Origin: Octopus sinensis
Lineage: Eukaryota
Assembly: GCF_006345805.1 (NCBI RefSeq)
Contig: NC_043002.1
Location: forward strand, 65,596,001 to 65,660,000
DNA length: 64,000 nucleotides
Direction: 5' to 3'
Position 1 is the first letter of the stretch. The number at the start of each line of letters is the position of its first letter. A program made the position numbers and the translations under genes. Shown piece after piece: positions 12,193 through 24,717 of the stretch. The notes under the pieces were generated by a model, which saw only the letters and a program-made list of their open reading frames with translations, ran no database searches and was not told the origin of the DNA.

Positions 12193-12523
12193 TACTTACA
12201 TATGAATATACATACAACTATATATTTGTGTGGATATATGTCTATATATATATATATATATATATACATCTATAATATATATATTATATTACATTATATT
12301 ATATTATATCATATCATATATATACATATATATATATATATATGTTGATATTGTATATATATAATATATATTATATATATATATATATACATATATAAAT
12401 ACATATGCATATATAAACATTTATATACATATATATATATGCACATTAAATTTATAGACACATATAAACATATATATATACATATACATATATATCTACA
12501 TATGTAAATAATATGTGTATATA

Positions 12524-12566
<43 letters not shown>

Positions 12567-12822
12567 TATATATACATATATATGCATATATGTATACCTA
12601 CATACATACACGCACTTGTATTTTCAGCCTTATACATAGTAATAAATTATATAGAGTGCAGCATAGAAGATGTGTCACTTAGTATTATTATATTAATCAC
12701 TATATGTTACCTTGCTTATGGGACATCTGTATAACACATTCACACACACATATAATATACATATATATACACACACACGCACATACATCCAGATAGTATA
12801 TACTTAATATATTTATCTTTAC

Positions 12823-12922
<100 letters not shown>

Positions 12923-13139
12923 GTATGTATGTATGTATTATATATATAGAGAGAAGGTTCATAAGAAGATCAGTCATATATACAAGCATACATACAATCA
13001 TAGCCACATTACTATTATAAAGTTTAAAGTTTATTTCAAGGAAGGAAAACAGAACTCTCGTGACGGCGCCGCCATTCACCATCTTAAAGAGCAACACTAA
13101 CAAAATGAACATTAACAACTACTATTACGTTCACAGCAT

Positions 13140-13339
13140 TATCAGACGATCAACAACAACAACAACAACAGCAACGTCATTATCGTTATTATCACCATCA
13201 TCATCATCATTATCATCATCACCATCATTCCTCCACGACGACCACCACCACCACAACTATCATCGTTATCCCCACAATTTTCCTCACTGCCATCGTCAGC
13301 ATTATCAGCACCATCGTCATCTTCATCATCGTCATCAAT

Positions 13340-13374
<35 letters not shown>

Positions 13375-14400
13375 TATCACCATCATCATCATCATCATCA
13401 TCATCATAATCATCATGAAAATCATCACTACCATTACTGTTCAACTTCTCTCCCTCTCCCTCGTTACCACCACTACCTCCATCATCATCATCATCATCAT
13501 CATGATCGTCATAAATATCATCATCATCACCTTCATCGTCATCCCTATCGTCATCACCATGATCGTCCACATCATTATTATTAACATTCTCCTCTTGATC
13601 ATCATCATCATCATTATCAGCATCGTTTATCGTCATCGTCAAAATAGTCAAACTCATCGTCACGAACATCGTCGCTGTTATCATCATCAGCATCATTATC
13701 GTCATCTGTTCTCATCAATCTTTATCATTACCATCATCATCACCATTATCGTCGTCATCATCATGAACATCATCATCATCATCATCATTATCATCAATAA
13801 CAACAACAACAACTGACACAGCATCAACAATGACTTCAAATTCGTCTGTCAACGAGAACCTAAGATAATCAAAGACAACAAAAACACTAACAAGAACAAC
13901 AATTACAGCAACAACAGATGAAGCAGCTGCAGCTGCACTAGCAGCAGCAGTAACAACAACAACAACAACAACAACGCGACAACAGCCTCATTAACAACCA
14001 CTAAAACAGGAAGCAACAATGGGCACATCAACAAACAACGTAGCATAAGCAACAACAACACCAACAACAAGAGTTTGAAACAGCAGAAACAATAGGCACG
14101 AGAAAATGAAGGGACATTACCACCGCCGCCGCCACCGCCACCGCCGCCACCGCCGCCACCGCCGCCAATGTGAACAACAACATCAACAACAACAACAGCA
14201 AGTTTTACAGCGACAAAAGGAACATTAAGAAGAAGAACAAGAGAAACATTATCGACAACGAAACGAACATTAAAAATAATAACAAAATGAGAAAACATTA
14301 ACATCGTGATGGACATTAAAAATAACAACAACAACAACCACAACGTGCATAGGAAGTTGAACATCGCCAGCTACAACAATAATTTCAACAACAAAATAGT
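13140..14400. repeat. Degenerate compound trinucleotide array (CAT)n/(CAA)n/(CAG)n/(CCG,CCA)n
   Basis: Direct reading. It explains the overlapping poly-H, poly-D, poly-I, poly-M and poly-G ORFs. Confidence 0.9.
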
Positions 14401-14482
14401 ATATTTGAATATAGTAAAGCTAAATAGAAACAGCACTGGTTTCTTTGTTTCTAAGCGGACATATTTAATGGCCGCTAAGTTT

Positions 14483-14525
14483 ATGCAAATAACGTCTGAC
14501 GTCACAATCACCTATGCTGACGTCA
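14483..14525. promoter_or_regulatory. Motif cluster: octamer ATGCAAAT plus two perfect CRE palindromes TGACGTCA
   Basis: ATGCAAAT at 14483-90; TGACGTCA at 14497-504 and 14518-25 (21 bp apart). Function is not demonstrated. Confidence 0.35.
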
Positions 14526-15169
14526 TGTTCGTCTTTATTTTAGGCATAAAGTTTTTGTACATTGTGCTTTGTTTGTTTGTTAATGTGATGCCGCTTGTGT
14601 GTAAACTGCAAACTGTAAACCTTTATTGAGGAAGTGTGTGTATGTGTGTGTGTGTGTGTGTGTGGGCAACGATTGTTATGAGATATAGGGCAGAGTTTAT
14701 GTATATGAGTGTGTGTATGTGTGTTTATGAGCGTGAATCTGTGCATGTACTTACATGCATGCGTCTCTGAACTACCAATATGGTATGTAGAAATACATAT
14801 ACATATATACACATACAGACATACACGCACAGTAACACACATATTCAATATTTGTTTATGTATATACATATATATATATACATACATATGCATATGTATA
14901 TATATATATATATATATGTAGTATGTATGTATGTATGTATGTATGTATGTATGTACAGATGAAACTTTGTGAGTTATAAATATAACTGCACGTATGTGTG
15001 TACACAAGGGCAACCATTTTGGTGTAAATAAATATTTATCTAATGCTATTATATACTGAATGTATATGTTCGATTTCATGTACGTACACGTGCGTATACA
15101 GTCAATACTGGTTGAATGAATGTATCTGTTGTCGGGCTCACAATCATGTGGTAGAGAGTTCATTTCCCG

Positions 15170-15385
15170 GTCCTTCAGCTGAAGAAATAGGTTGTGACGT
15201 CACAGGTGTCAAGCTTCATCAGTCTTTGCCTTTCCCTGGGATAACATCGGTGACGTGAAGAGGAGAGGCTGGTATGCATGGGCGACTTCAGGTCTTCCAT
15301 AAACACCCTTGCTTGGATTTGTCCCTCGGAGAGGAACTCTCTAGGTGAAATCATATGGTCATTCATGACCGAAGTGGGATTTGAT
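15170..15385 (+). mobile_element. tRNA/CORE-like SINE 3' part
   Basis: GGCTGGTATGCATGGGCGAC...TGGTCATTCATGACCGA matches the reverse complement of 23575-23790. Confidence 0.8.
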
Positions 15386-15395
15386 ATGACATATA

Positions 15396-16674
15396 TCGGG
15401 GTTGGACAAAATAAAGGAAACGCCTAGCATCATAGAATAATAATTTTGAAATGTCTATAAAACCTTGAAAAGCTTGTTCATCTTTGTTTTTTTTTATTTA
15501 TTATTAGTGTTGCTTAACATGTTCTGTTAAAATTGTTGTTTCTTTTCAGATATCATCAGAAAAAGTTAATTAAAATTCATTACAATGACAGGATCTATCG
15601 AACTTTCAAAGAGGCCAAATTGTCCGTGCTCGTATGGCAGACGCTAGTGTAACGAAAACAGCTGATATGTTTGGTGTATCAAGAAGTACTGTTTCGAAAG
15701 TAATTACATCCTTTGAGAAAGAGGAAAAAAAAATCCTCCTCGTTGAAACAAAACTCCAGAAGAAAACCAAAACTTTCAGATATGGACCGTCGAGCTCTTA
15801 CGCGAATTTTTAGAAAGGATCACAAAAGTACAGCTCCCAAAATTACTGCAGAGCTTAATGACCACTTCGAGAACACAGTTTCCACAAAAACTGTTCGCCG
15901 GGAGCTGCACAAAGCCGGATTTCATGGGAGGGTTGTAATCAGAAATCCACTACTTTCAAGAAACAAACGTCGCAAAGGGTTTAAAGTGGAGTAAAACCCA
16001 ACAGAATTTGTCCCTAGAGCAGTGGAAGAACGTTATTTTCTCGGACGAGCCATCCTTTACCTTATTTCCAACCATCGGCCGAGTATACGTGTGGAGACAG
16101 CGAAAAGAAGCATTTGACCCAGACTGCCTTCTTCCAACTCTTAAGCATGGAGGGGGATCTGTGATGATCTGCGGGGCTATATCTTGGAAATCCGCCGACC
16201 CAATGGTTTCCCTTCATGGTAGAATTAATAGTCAAGACTATTTAAGCATTTTATCTGATCAAATCCATCCTACGATTGCAGAACTGTTTTCCGGGGGGGG
16301 GGCAAGCTTTCAGGATGATAATGCACCAATTCACACAGCTAATGTTGCTACTGAATGGCACGAGGAACATTCTAGTGAAGTTGAACATCTTATCTGGCCA
16401 CCACAGTCCCCAGATCTCAATAATATTGAGATATTTATGGTGCATTTGAGAAAAACAAATAAGGAGTCGATATTCTCCACCATCATCACTAGAAGAACTG
16501 GAGACTGTTTTAGCTGAAGAATGGACAAAAATTCCTTTGGAAACAATTCAAACTTTGTACGAGTCCATACTTCATAGAATTCAAATTGTAATTATTACAA
16601 AAGGCAGTCCTACCCCATATTAAAATTGCTTTTTTTTTTTAAATTTAAGATGTTTCCATTTTGTCCACCATCTG
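15396..16674 (+). mobile_element. Tc1-like DNA transposon with DD36E transposase pseudogene (15585-16623)
   Basis: Imperfect TIRs TA|TCGGGGTTGGACAAAATAAAGGAAAC and GTTTCCATTTTGTCCACCATCTG|TA. Peptide DLSNFQRGQIV...VSTKTVRRELHKAGFHGR...WKNVIFSDE...VKHGGGSVM-like LKHGGGSVM...FQDDNAPIH...SPDLNNIE...GSPTPY*. I count 36 residues between the second D and the E. About three frameshifts. Confidence 0.93.
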
Positions 16675-17938
16675 TATGTCGTATAGTATACGTTTATGTG
16701 GGCATGTACGTACCATTGAACGAATGTATCTCTTTATATATGTGACTAAGTGTATGTTAGTGTGTGAGTGTGTGTGTATGTGTGTGTGCGAGCGTGTGTA
16801 TGCGCACGTGATTATTGTCATTATGAAATAGAAGATGTCTGTATGTTGTGAGTATAGAGAGCGCGTGGCTATAAGCGGTTGTGTGTTTGTTAAGCAAGAT
16901 ATAACAATGTATTATATGTGCGTGCGTGAGAGTGTGTGTGATATGGTCCAGATATGTGAGTATGAGACGGGATAAGGTAATAGACAGTGTGTAGGTAAAG
17001 TCAATAAAAGGAAGTCAGTGTGCACATGTAAATGTGTAGCTGGTGGCGTATTGAAGTGTGAATATATGCGAGTGTGTGTGTGTATATGTGTTTGTGTGTG
17101 TGTGTGTGTGATTTTTAGAGTCCATCAGTGTGTGTGTATGCAAGTGGGAATGTGAGCATTTGGATTTATGGAAAACGAGAAGCTATATGTGTATACAAGT
17201 GCTGGTATTGGACTTTTGAGAGGCAGAAAAGGCTTCGTGTATGTAACTGTTTTGCTATGTGCGTTTATGTAGATAGGTATGCATATGTATGTGTACATAA
17301 TCACACACACACACACAGATATATATATATATAATATATGCATATATATATATATATATATATATATAAAGATAGGCAGCAGTATTCAAGTATGTATCTG
17401 CACAAGAGTACATACACATACAAAATGTATGCAATTATGTGTATTAATATAATTGGGATAAAGATTTTGTACATATATTGTTAGAGGACACAGAGATAGA
17501 GAGAGAGGGGGGGGGGAATAGAGAGACTGACAGACGGGAAGATAAAGAGAAGGATATTATAGTTTTGTGTGCGTGAGCGAGCCTGACCGTTTCTAATCGA
17601 GATGGTAAGCAAATGCGTTTCACCGCTACATTTACTGTGTTTGTGTATTGTTTTGTTATGTCTTCTTAGCTCTCGTGAAGTATAGACAATAATGTGTACA
17701 CCGGTATATTCTTATGGCTGATCGTTGCGTTTTATGAAGAGAGAACGTGATTTCCTAGGTGTGAATATATATATATATATAGCGAGAAAGAGAGTGAGAG
17801 AGAGGAAAAGAGAGAGAGACAATATATATACATGATTATTATGTACATGCGCATATATACATGTGTATAGATATAATAGTGTGTATGTATATATATATAT
17901 ATATATATATGCATATATATGTATATATCTATATATAC

Positions 17939-17977
<39 letters not shown>

Positions 17978-18005
17978 TACATATGTATATATATGTGTGT
18001 ATGTG

Positions 18006-18064
<59 letters not shown>

Positions 18065-18132
18065 TATATATATATATACATATATAACATAGATAGACAG
18101 TTATAGAAATACATATATATATATAAGAATAG

Positions 18133-18183
<51 letters not shown>

Positions 18184-18248
18184 TATATGTGATATATATG
18201 TATGTATATATATATGTATATGTACATTATTTTATATCTTTATTCTAT

Positions 18249-18618
18249 TATTTCTTTCAGTCATGGTGGAGCACCACCTTTAGACGAACAAATCAACCCC
18301 ACAACTTATTCATTGTAAGCCTAGAACTTATTCTATCGGTCTATTTGGCGAGTCGCTAAGTTTCGGGGACCGAATCACACCAACATCGGTTTTTAAGCGA
18401 TGGTGGGGAGGACAAATACAAACACAAAAACATATACACATATATATATATCAACGACACGCTTCTTTCAGTCTCCGTCTATCAAATCCACTAAAAAGGA
18501 TTTGGTCGGCCTGAGGCTATAGCAGAAAACTCTTGCTCAAGATGCCACGCAGTGGGACTGATCCCAGAACCATGTGGTTGATAAGCAGGCTACTTATCAC
18601 ACATACACTCCTACGCCT
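18249..18618 (-). mobile_element. tRNA-derived SINE (family with GGCA.CTTG.GCAAG.GT.TTCT.CTATAGCC core)
   Basis: Homologous to 43745-44193, 44202-44361, 26610-26972, 57395-57530 and 19492-19622. Confidence 0.85.
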
Positions 18619-18621
18619 ATA

Positions 18622-18668
<47 letters not shown>

Positions 18669-18794
18669 TCAATATCTTTCTCGTTGTTTACGTATTTCAT
18701 GGTATCTGCACCGTTGGTGACGTTCTGTACTCATATCTGCATGTATGTATATATATATGTAATGTCAAGTCACTTTCAAGTGCTACTGGTAACA

Positions 18795-19270
18795 TGTAAC
18801 CCAGTACAACCTGTTGCATGGTCGGGTCGTCGGCGACTAAACCGGCAACCCCACCAAATTTGCTTGGTGAGGACGGTGTTTATTGGACACCCTGCTTGAT
18901 GAAAAACAAAATCCGTCAAAGGGCGGAGGAACTCTTGAGAGTCAACGGCCATCTAATAAATGTCTTAAGGCTGTATCATGCGCGGGAACATAGAAATAAT
19001 CGGACTGAATACCCGATCGCTCGGTTAAACCATTGGGAGTGAAGGGCTTCTAGCCCTTGTTAGGGCAACCTTCTAGGAGAATGTAGCTCAGGTAACTGGG
19101 ATAACTCCGACATAAAACTTGCAGCTCAGTGGTTACCGATGATGTTGACTTGTTCTTCTTTACGAATTATGGCTGCTGATGCTTCGTGTGTGGGATTGAC
19201 TCGGTGCACAGCCTTTCCTCACTTAAAATAAATTTTCTTGCACAGGCATTGCACGATAACAACATTGATT
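18795..19270 (+). mobile_element. Probable 5' UTR of an RTE-clade LINE with a degenerate HDV-like ribozyme at its 5' end
   Basis: A non-coding island with higher GC. The 5' segment 18801-18845 fits HDV-like topology, and GGGCAACCTTCTAGGAGAA resembles RTE 5' UTRs as I recall them. Family assignment is inference. Confidence 0.45.
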
Positions 19271-19428
19271 AAGCTTCGTGCAATGGCCATACTCGATAAC
19301 AAGGGGGCAGCCACCATGTTATATATACATATATATATACATTATATACATACACACACATGCTTATATGTGTGTGTGTGAACAGATAGATATATGTAGA
19401 TATAAATATATATACACAAACACATATA

Positions 19429-19464
<36 letters not shown>

Positions 19465-19491
19465 TGTATGTATGTATGTATGTATATACGA

Positions 19492-19622
19492 CAGGCTTGT
19501 TTGATTCCCTTTTTACCAAATCCACTGACAACCCTTGGTGGGCCTGAGGCTATAGTGAAGGACATTTGCCTTTGCCGAACGTGGCTTGCAATGGAAAAGC
19601 ACTCTACCACTACGCCTGCACC
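19492..19622 (-). mobile_element. Diverged SINE 5' fragment
   Basis: Matches the head and core of 18249-18618. Confidence 0.6.
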
Positions 19623-19654
19623 AATCTACACAAAAACACCGGCAGATTTAAACT

Positions 19655-19692
<38 letters not shown>

Positions 19693-19700
19693 CTATATAG

Positions 19701-19733
<33 letters not shown>

Positions 19734-19734
19734 G

Positions 19735-19745
19735 TCATCATCATT

Positions 19746-19777
<32 letters not shown>

Positions 19778-20279
19778 TGTCATTATTATTATCATCACCA
19801 TCGTCATCATCGTCTTCTTCATCCTTTTTATCCTCATCAGTTAACGTCCGATTTTCTGGCTGGCCTGCGTTGGATGGCTTGACAAGCACTGGAATCCGCG
19901 TTTCCTTACTAGGCTCTCTTGTCCGTTTTGGCATGTTTTCTTCTACTGGATGCTTCGTAACGCAAACTAATTTACTGTGTGTATAATGGGTGCTTTTTAA
20001 GTGGCACCAGCACCAGTGCTATTTTTACCTGGCATCAGCACCAGTGCTTTTCTACGTGGCATCAACATCAGTGTTTTTCTTTTTACTTGTCAGTAGCACC
20101 AGTACTTTTACCGTTGCACCAGGACCAGGGCTTTTAACGCAGCAGCACCACCAGTACTTTGTTAAGTAGAATCAGCACCAGTGTCTTTATTTTCCCTTGG
20201 CACCAGTACCTGTGTTTTTAATGTGGAATCAGCACCAGTGTTTTTCTTTTTTACGTGGAAGCAGCACTAGCGCTTTCTT
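19735..20279 (-). mobile_element. Retroposon with an internal ~27-30 bp minisatellite and an RTE-type (GAT)n tail, cut by the gap
   Basis: Units like AAAAGCACTGGTGCTGATGCCACGT (19993-20279), then GTCAAGCCATCCAACGCAGGCCAGC..GAAAATCGGACGTTAA and (GAT)n. Confidence 0.65.
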
Positions 20280-20379
20280 NNNNNNNNNNNNNNNNNNNNN
20301 NNNNNNNNNNNNNNNNNNNNNNNNNNNNNNNNNNNNNNNNNNNNNNNNNNNNNNNNNNNNNNNNNNNNNNNNNNNNNNN
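20280..20379. other. Assembly gap (100 N)
   Basis: Direct count. Confidence 1.
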
Positions 20380-20927
20380 CAAAATATTTTCGGACAATAG
20401 ACATGAGTTAGAATAAAGAACGAATATACAGTGTATGCGTTTATTTGAGAAAAAAACAAAAAAATGAATATCCCGAAATGCAACAATATCTGTTTCAACA
20501 CACTGTTTCAAATCAGGAATTTGCAACACAAATACATAAACGTACATATATATAAGTGTGTGTGTGAGTGAGAGTGCATGTGTGCATGTGTGTGCGTGTG
20601 TGTGCATACATATAAATATATAAATACGTATGTGTCTATATATATATAGCTATATATATATATATATATACAATCATGCGTAGATACATACGTACATACA
20701 CGCACACATGTATGTGTGTGTGTGCGTGTGTGTATGCGCGCGTGTGTGTGCGCGCCTGCGTGAGTGTGTGTGTAATACTGGTAAGCTGACAGTTATGATA
20801 AGATGTGTTCCAATGAAAAAATGACTCAACACGTTTGATGGCGAAGTGTTTTATTCTATATTTCAAAGGTTACTTACAACTTCGAAGGTGTTTCATCTGG
20901 AGAACACATAGATTCAAGATTCAAAGG

Positions 20928-21044
20928 CGTGCAGACCATTTTTTATTAAAATATATTTTTTGTTCTTTGCTTAACTAGTGTTGTTTTTTAAATACCAAGT
21001 GTGTCCTGAAAATACCTCTCGCAACCTGCCTGTTTGCATGTATG

Positions 21045-21115
<71 letters not shown>

Positions 21116-21210
21116 CACATACCTATATATAATATGTATATATACACATAAATATAGATAGGTATATACACATATATATACATAACACACACACACACAC
21201 ACAACACACA

Positions 21211-21258
<48 letters not shown>

Positions 21259-21485
21259 ATATGTATAGGTGCGTGCACATTTGTATAAGATATTTAAGGT
21301 TTAAGAATACAAACAATATTCAAAGACAGGGTGAAAGAACAAGTTGTATTAGTCTAACGCCCAGCAAAGATAGAATTAGATAACGTTTTGGGCTTCCGGT
21401 CATCTGCAGAATGGACAGACAATGAGAGAAATAAAATGGAGATGAAAACACCGTGTTTTGAATTAAACTGTCAAAAGATGTTAAA

Positions 21486-21527
<42 letters not shown>

Positions 21528-22014
21528 AATATATATAAGTAACGTTTATCGCCACCTAAAAGTGGGTGTTCTGTAAGAACAGACGATACTGCCATTTTAA
21601 ATCCTGGAGGATGCCTCTTCCAGTTGGTTAATGAGTGCGCTTTGCACTCGACAGTGCAAAGCGCCACGTCGTATGGTGGTCTCCGAGTTATAAAAGTAGG
21701 AGGGAGTTCTCTCCACGCTTACAATATATATCGAGTGTGAAGCGCACTGAATAACTAACTGGAGGAGGTATCCTCCTGGGGTTGAAATAACAGCATCACC
21801 TGATCCTATAGAGCACTTACGTTTAGGTGGCGATAAACATTACTTCCCAATATAAATACTGCTTTCAAATCTGACAGTATTTTATCACATACATATATAT
21901 ACGTATGCAAACACATACAGGCTGCGAGAGGTGTTTGAGGACATATCTTTGGTAATTTAAAAAACACACTAGTTGAAAAAAGAGCCAAATATATTTTAAT
22001 AAATATTTGAGCAC
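20928..22014. mobile_element. Old fold-back element with ~110-bp diverged terminal inverted repeats
   Basis: 20940-21041 (TTTATTAAAATATATT..AACTAGTGT..TGTCCT..ACCTCTCGCA.CCTG..TGTTTGCAT) is the reverse complement of 21902-22005. Confidence 0.65.
21537..21845. mobile_element. MITE with ~125-bp inverted arms, nested in the previous element
   Basis: Ends AAGTAACGTTTATCGCCACCTAAA and TTTAGGTGGCGATAAACATTACTT. Inner arms CCTGGAGGATGCCTCTTCCAGTT..CACTCGA and TCGAGTG..AACTGGAGGAGGTATCCTCCTGG. Confidence 0.8.
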
Positions 22015-22489
22015 AAGTACTCGATACGATTGTTCTATGAATCCACCTTCGGCTTCAATACGAAACTAGATTCATTGACTTACCTAAATTAAATGGAGCA
22101 GGTAAAATTTGAGCTACATATGTTTCAAAGTGAGCGGAACCTCGGAGGTAGTAATTATCGAAACGAGGTGTACACCTCAGGCTACTCTTCAGGCCAAGGG
22201 CATCTTGAATATATGAAGTATACTTTGTCGTTAGAAGGCCCATGTTAACACACGTAGGCTTCGATTAGAATGCGAGAAAGCATTCTATTCCTTAACTTCA
22301 GATTTTTATTTGCATACCCGGCAAACTTGGTTGTCAACCATGAACTATAAGATATTTTTTTCAGCTTAACGTAATTCGATACAGGGAAGATTTACAACCT
22401 TTAACACCAATAAGGCACTATTAGCCCCGAAAGTTGTTTTTTTAAATTTTGTACAGATCGCGTCAAGCTCATTTTCTTCCTACACCACG

Positions 22490-23555
22490 ATCCTTGGATC
22501 TTACCTTTAAACTTTACAGGAAGCAAAAAGTCACTGAACTCCAGTGTGCTGATGATAATGCAGCAGTCTGCCACACTGGTAAACAGTTTCGATAATCGGT
22601 GAATAACTTCACCAATGCTTACACTCAGTTGGGCCTAAAAGACAAAAGTTCTGGCACAACCCGTTCTAAGCCAGGAAAATCCAGACCTCAACATTACCAT
22701 CTCAGAGACGCCACTGGAGAAAATCAAGCACTTTTCATACCTAGCAAATTTGCTTTCGAATAAGTGCACATCGGAAAAGGACGTGGCGAACCGATTAAGA
22801 GCAGTTCACACTGCGTTTGGTGGACTCGCGAAAAGGATTTTTAAGAACATAGATCTGAACCACAAAACATAATTGCGTGTCTAACAAGCAGTCGTGATCT
22901 CTACTCTCCTCTACGGTTGTGAAATCTGGACTCTTTACCGAAGTAACATCAAAACCCTAGAGCGATTTCACCGACAGAAGCTCCGCTCTATTACGAATAT
23001 CAATGAATATGCGACCGATAGTCATGATTATGTGACCGATATCTCCGTTTTGGAAAGAACGAAAAGCAGCAGCATCAAAGCCACCATCCTGAAACATCGT
23101 CTGAGATGAGCGGGCCACGTAGCAAAAATGAAAGAAACCGAGCTGCCTCGTCAAATTTTTTATATGGTGAACTTTTCCAACAGAAGACTCTGTGGCTGTC
23201 CCCACCGTAGATAAGAGGACCATCTGAAGCAAATCCTAAAACTGACTGCAATCGATCCCAAAGACTGGGTCATTGAAGCTCAGGACAGACCCGGCTGTTG
23301 TCATTACATCTCCACTGTGACAGATCATTTTGAAGCTGAATGACAGAGGAAAAAAGAAGAGAAACAACAAGAAGTAAAATGGAGGCTGCAGCAAGCAAAG
23401 CATCCACCACGGATCCTTTGTAAATTTTGCAATAGACACATCCATGTAAGAATCGGCCTCATTAGTCATCAGAGGCATAAACACGGACAGAGGGGAGGAA
23501 GCAGTAAGGAAGAAGCCAAATTATCGGACACACGATAATGAGCCGACGTCGACGT
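22490..23555 (+). pseudogene. RTE-clade LINE 3' fragment (RT thumb to C-terminal zinc finger)
   Basis: VTELQCADDNA, KHFSYLAN, AVVISTLLYGCEIWTLYRSNIKTLERFHRQKLRSI, HRLR*AGHVAKM and CKFCNRHIHVRIGLISHQRHKH, with many stops. Confidence 0.88.
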
Positions 23556-23574
23556 TATGTATATAAAAGTAAAG

Positions 23575-23912
23575 TAAAGACCCCCATCGGTCATGAATGA
23601 CCATGGGATTGCACCTAGAAAGTTACCCTCCTAGACACAAGTCCGGGCAAGGTTGTTTATGGAAGGCCAGCAGTCGCCCATGCATACCAGCCTCCCCTCT
23701 CCACGCCACCAGTGTTATCCAAGGGAAAGACAAAGGTCGATACAGTTTGGCACCCATGACGTCGCAACTCATTTCTACAGCTGAGTGAACTGGAGCAACG
23801 TGAAATAAAGTGCCTTGCTCAAGAACACAACACGCAGCCCGGTCCGGGATTCGAGCTCACAACCTCACGATCGTAAGCTCGACGCTCTAACCACTGAGCC
23901 ATGCGCCTTCAC
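23575..23912 (-). mobile_element. Full-length tRNA-derived CORE-like SINE
   Basis: Head GGCGCATGGCTCAGTGGTTAGAGCGTCG..GAGCTCGAATCCCGG (A and B boxes), then the CORE-like TTGAGCAAGGCACTTTATTTCACGTTGCTCCAGTTCACTCAGCTGTAGAAATG. Confidence 0.88.
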
Positions 23913-24670
23913 TATGTATATATATATATATATTATATATAAATGCATATATACACGCACGCATACTCGCACGCATGCATGCACGCACGCACATGTAAAT
24001 ATCGTTAGTATTCATAAATCCGTAAAAAAGCACTCTCTAAAATATTAGCGCAGCAATATATTTTTAGGAAGTTAGACGTTATGGCCAATCATAGAGTGAC
24101 AATTGATTTAACACCTTATTAGTATAGGTAATGCGTCCTGCCTAAATGGATGAAGGTGTATAACCTCTCTACAAGTGGAGGAAGAAATACGTAACGATCA
24201 GCTCTTTGGATGGGGGTTATTCCCCTTACATCGTCAACGGCCGTGGTGATATTCGAAGCAGTTTTCGCGAGACTATTCAACAAATGGGGAATTCCAAGTC
24301 TGAAGTAGCAAACGTTTTCACTGAGAGCATTGACTGAATACTTTTTCCTGAAATTTTCAAAAGTCCCCGGCCCGAGCGAGTTTTTAGGATTTTTGCCCTC
24401 TCTGCCAAACAAAGCTTACATCATTAGAATTTGACGAGTCACCTAAACGGCTAAGCACTTTATGTGTATGAAACCAGAACATTTTACCAATGTACGTAAA
24501 AATGTGTCGAAACAATTAATTCTATGGATACTATGTAATTCCTGATGTATATCCTGTACCAAGAGCATTGCCACTGTATGATGAAGGTAGTCAAAATCTG
24601 TGGGTGAGCTTTGAACCGCATTCTTCAAGGTTTTTGACCGACTCTCATTTACGTGTGTGTATGTGTGTGT

Positions 24671-24706
<36 letters not shown>

Positions 24707-24717
24707 GCTGCCAACTT

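Noticed and set aside
13060-14364. His-rich, Asp-rich and Gly-rich ORFs as host genes
   Set aside because: Every frame is open because of triplet repeats. There is no domain, codon structure or splice support.
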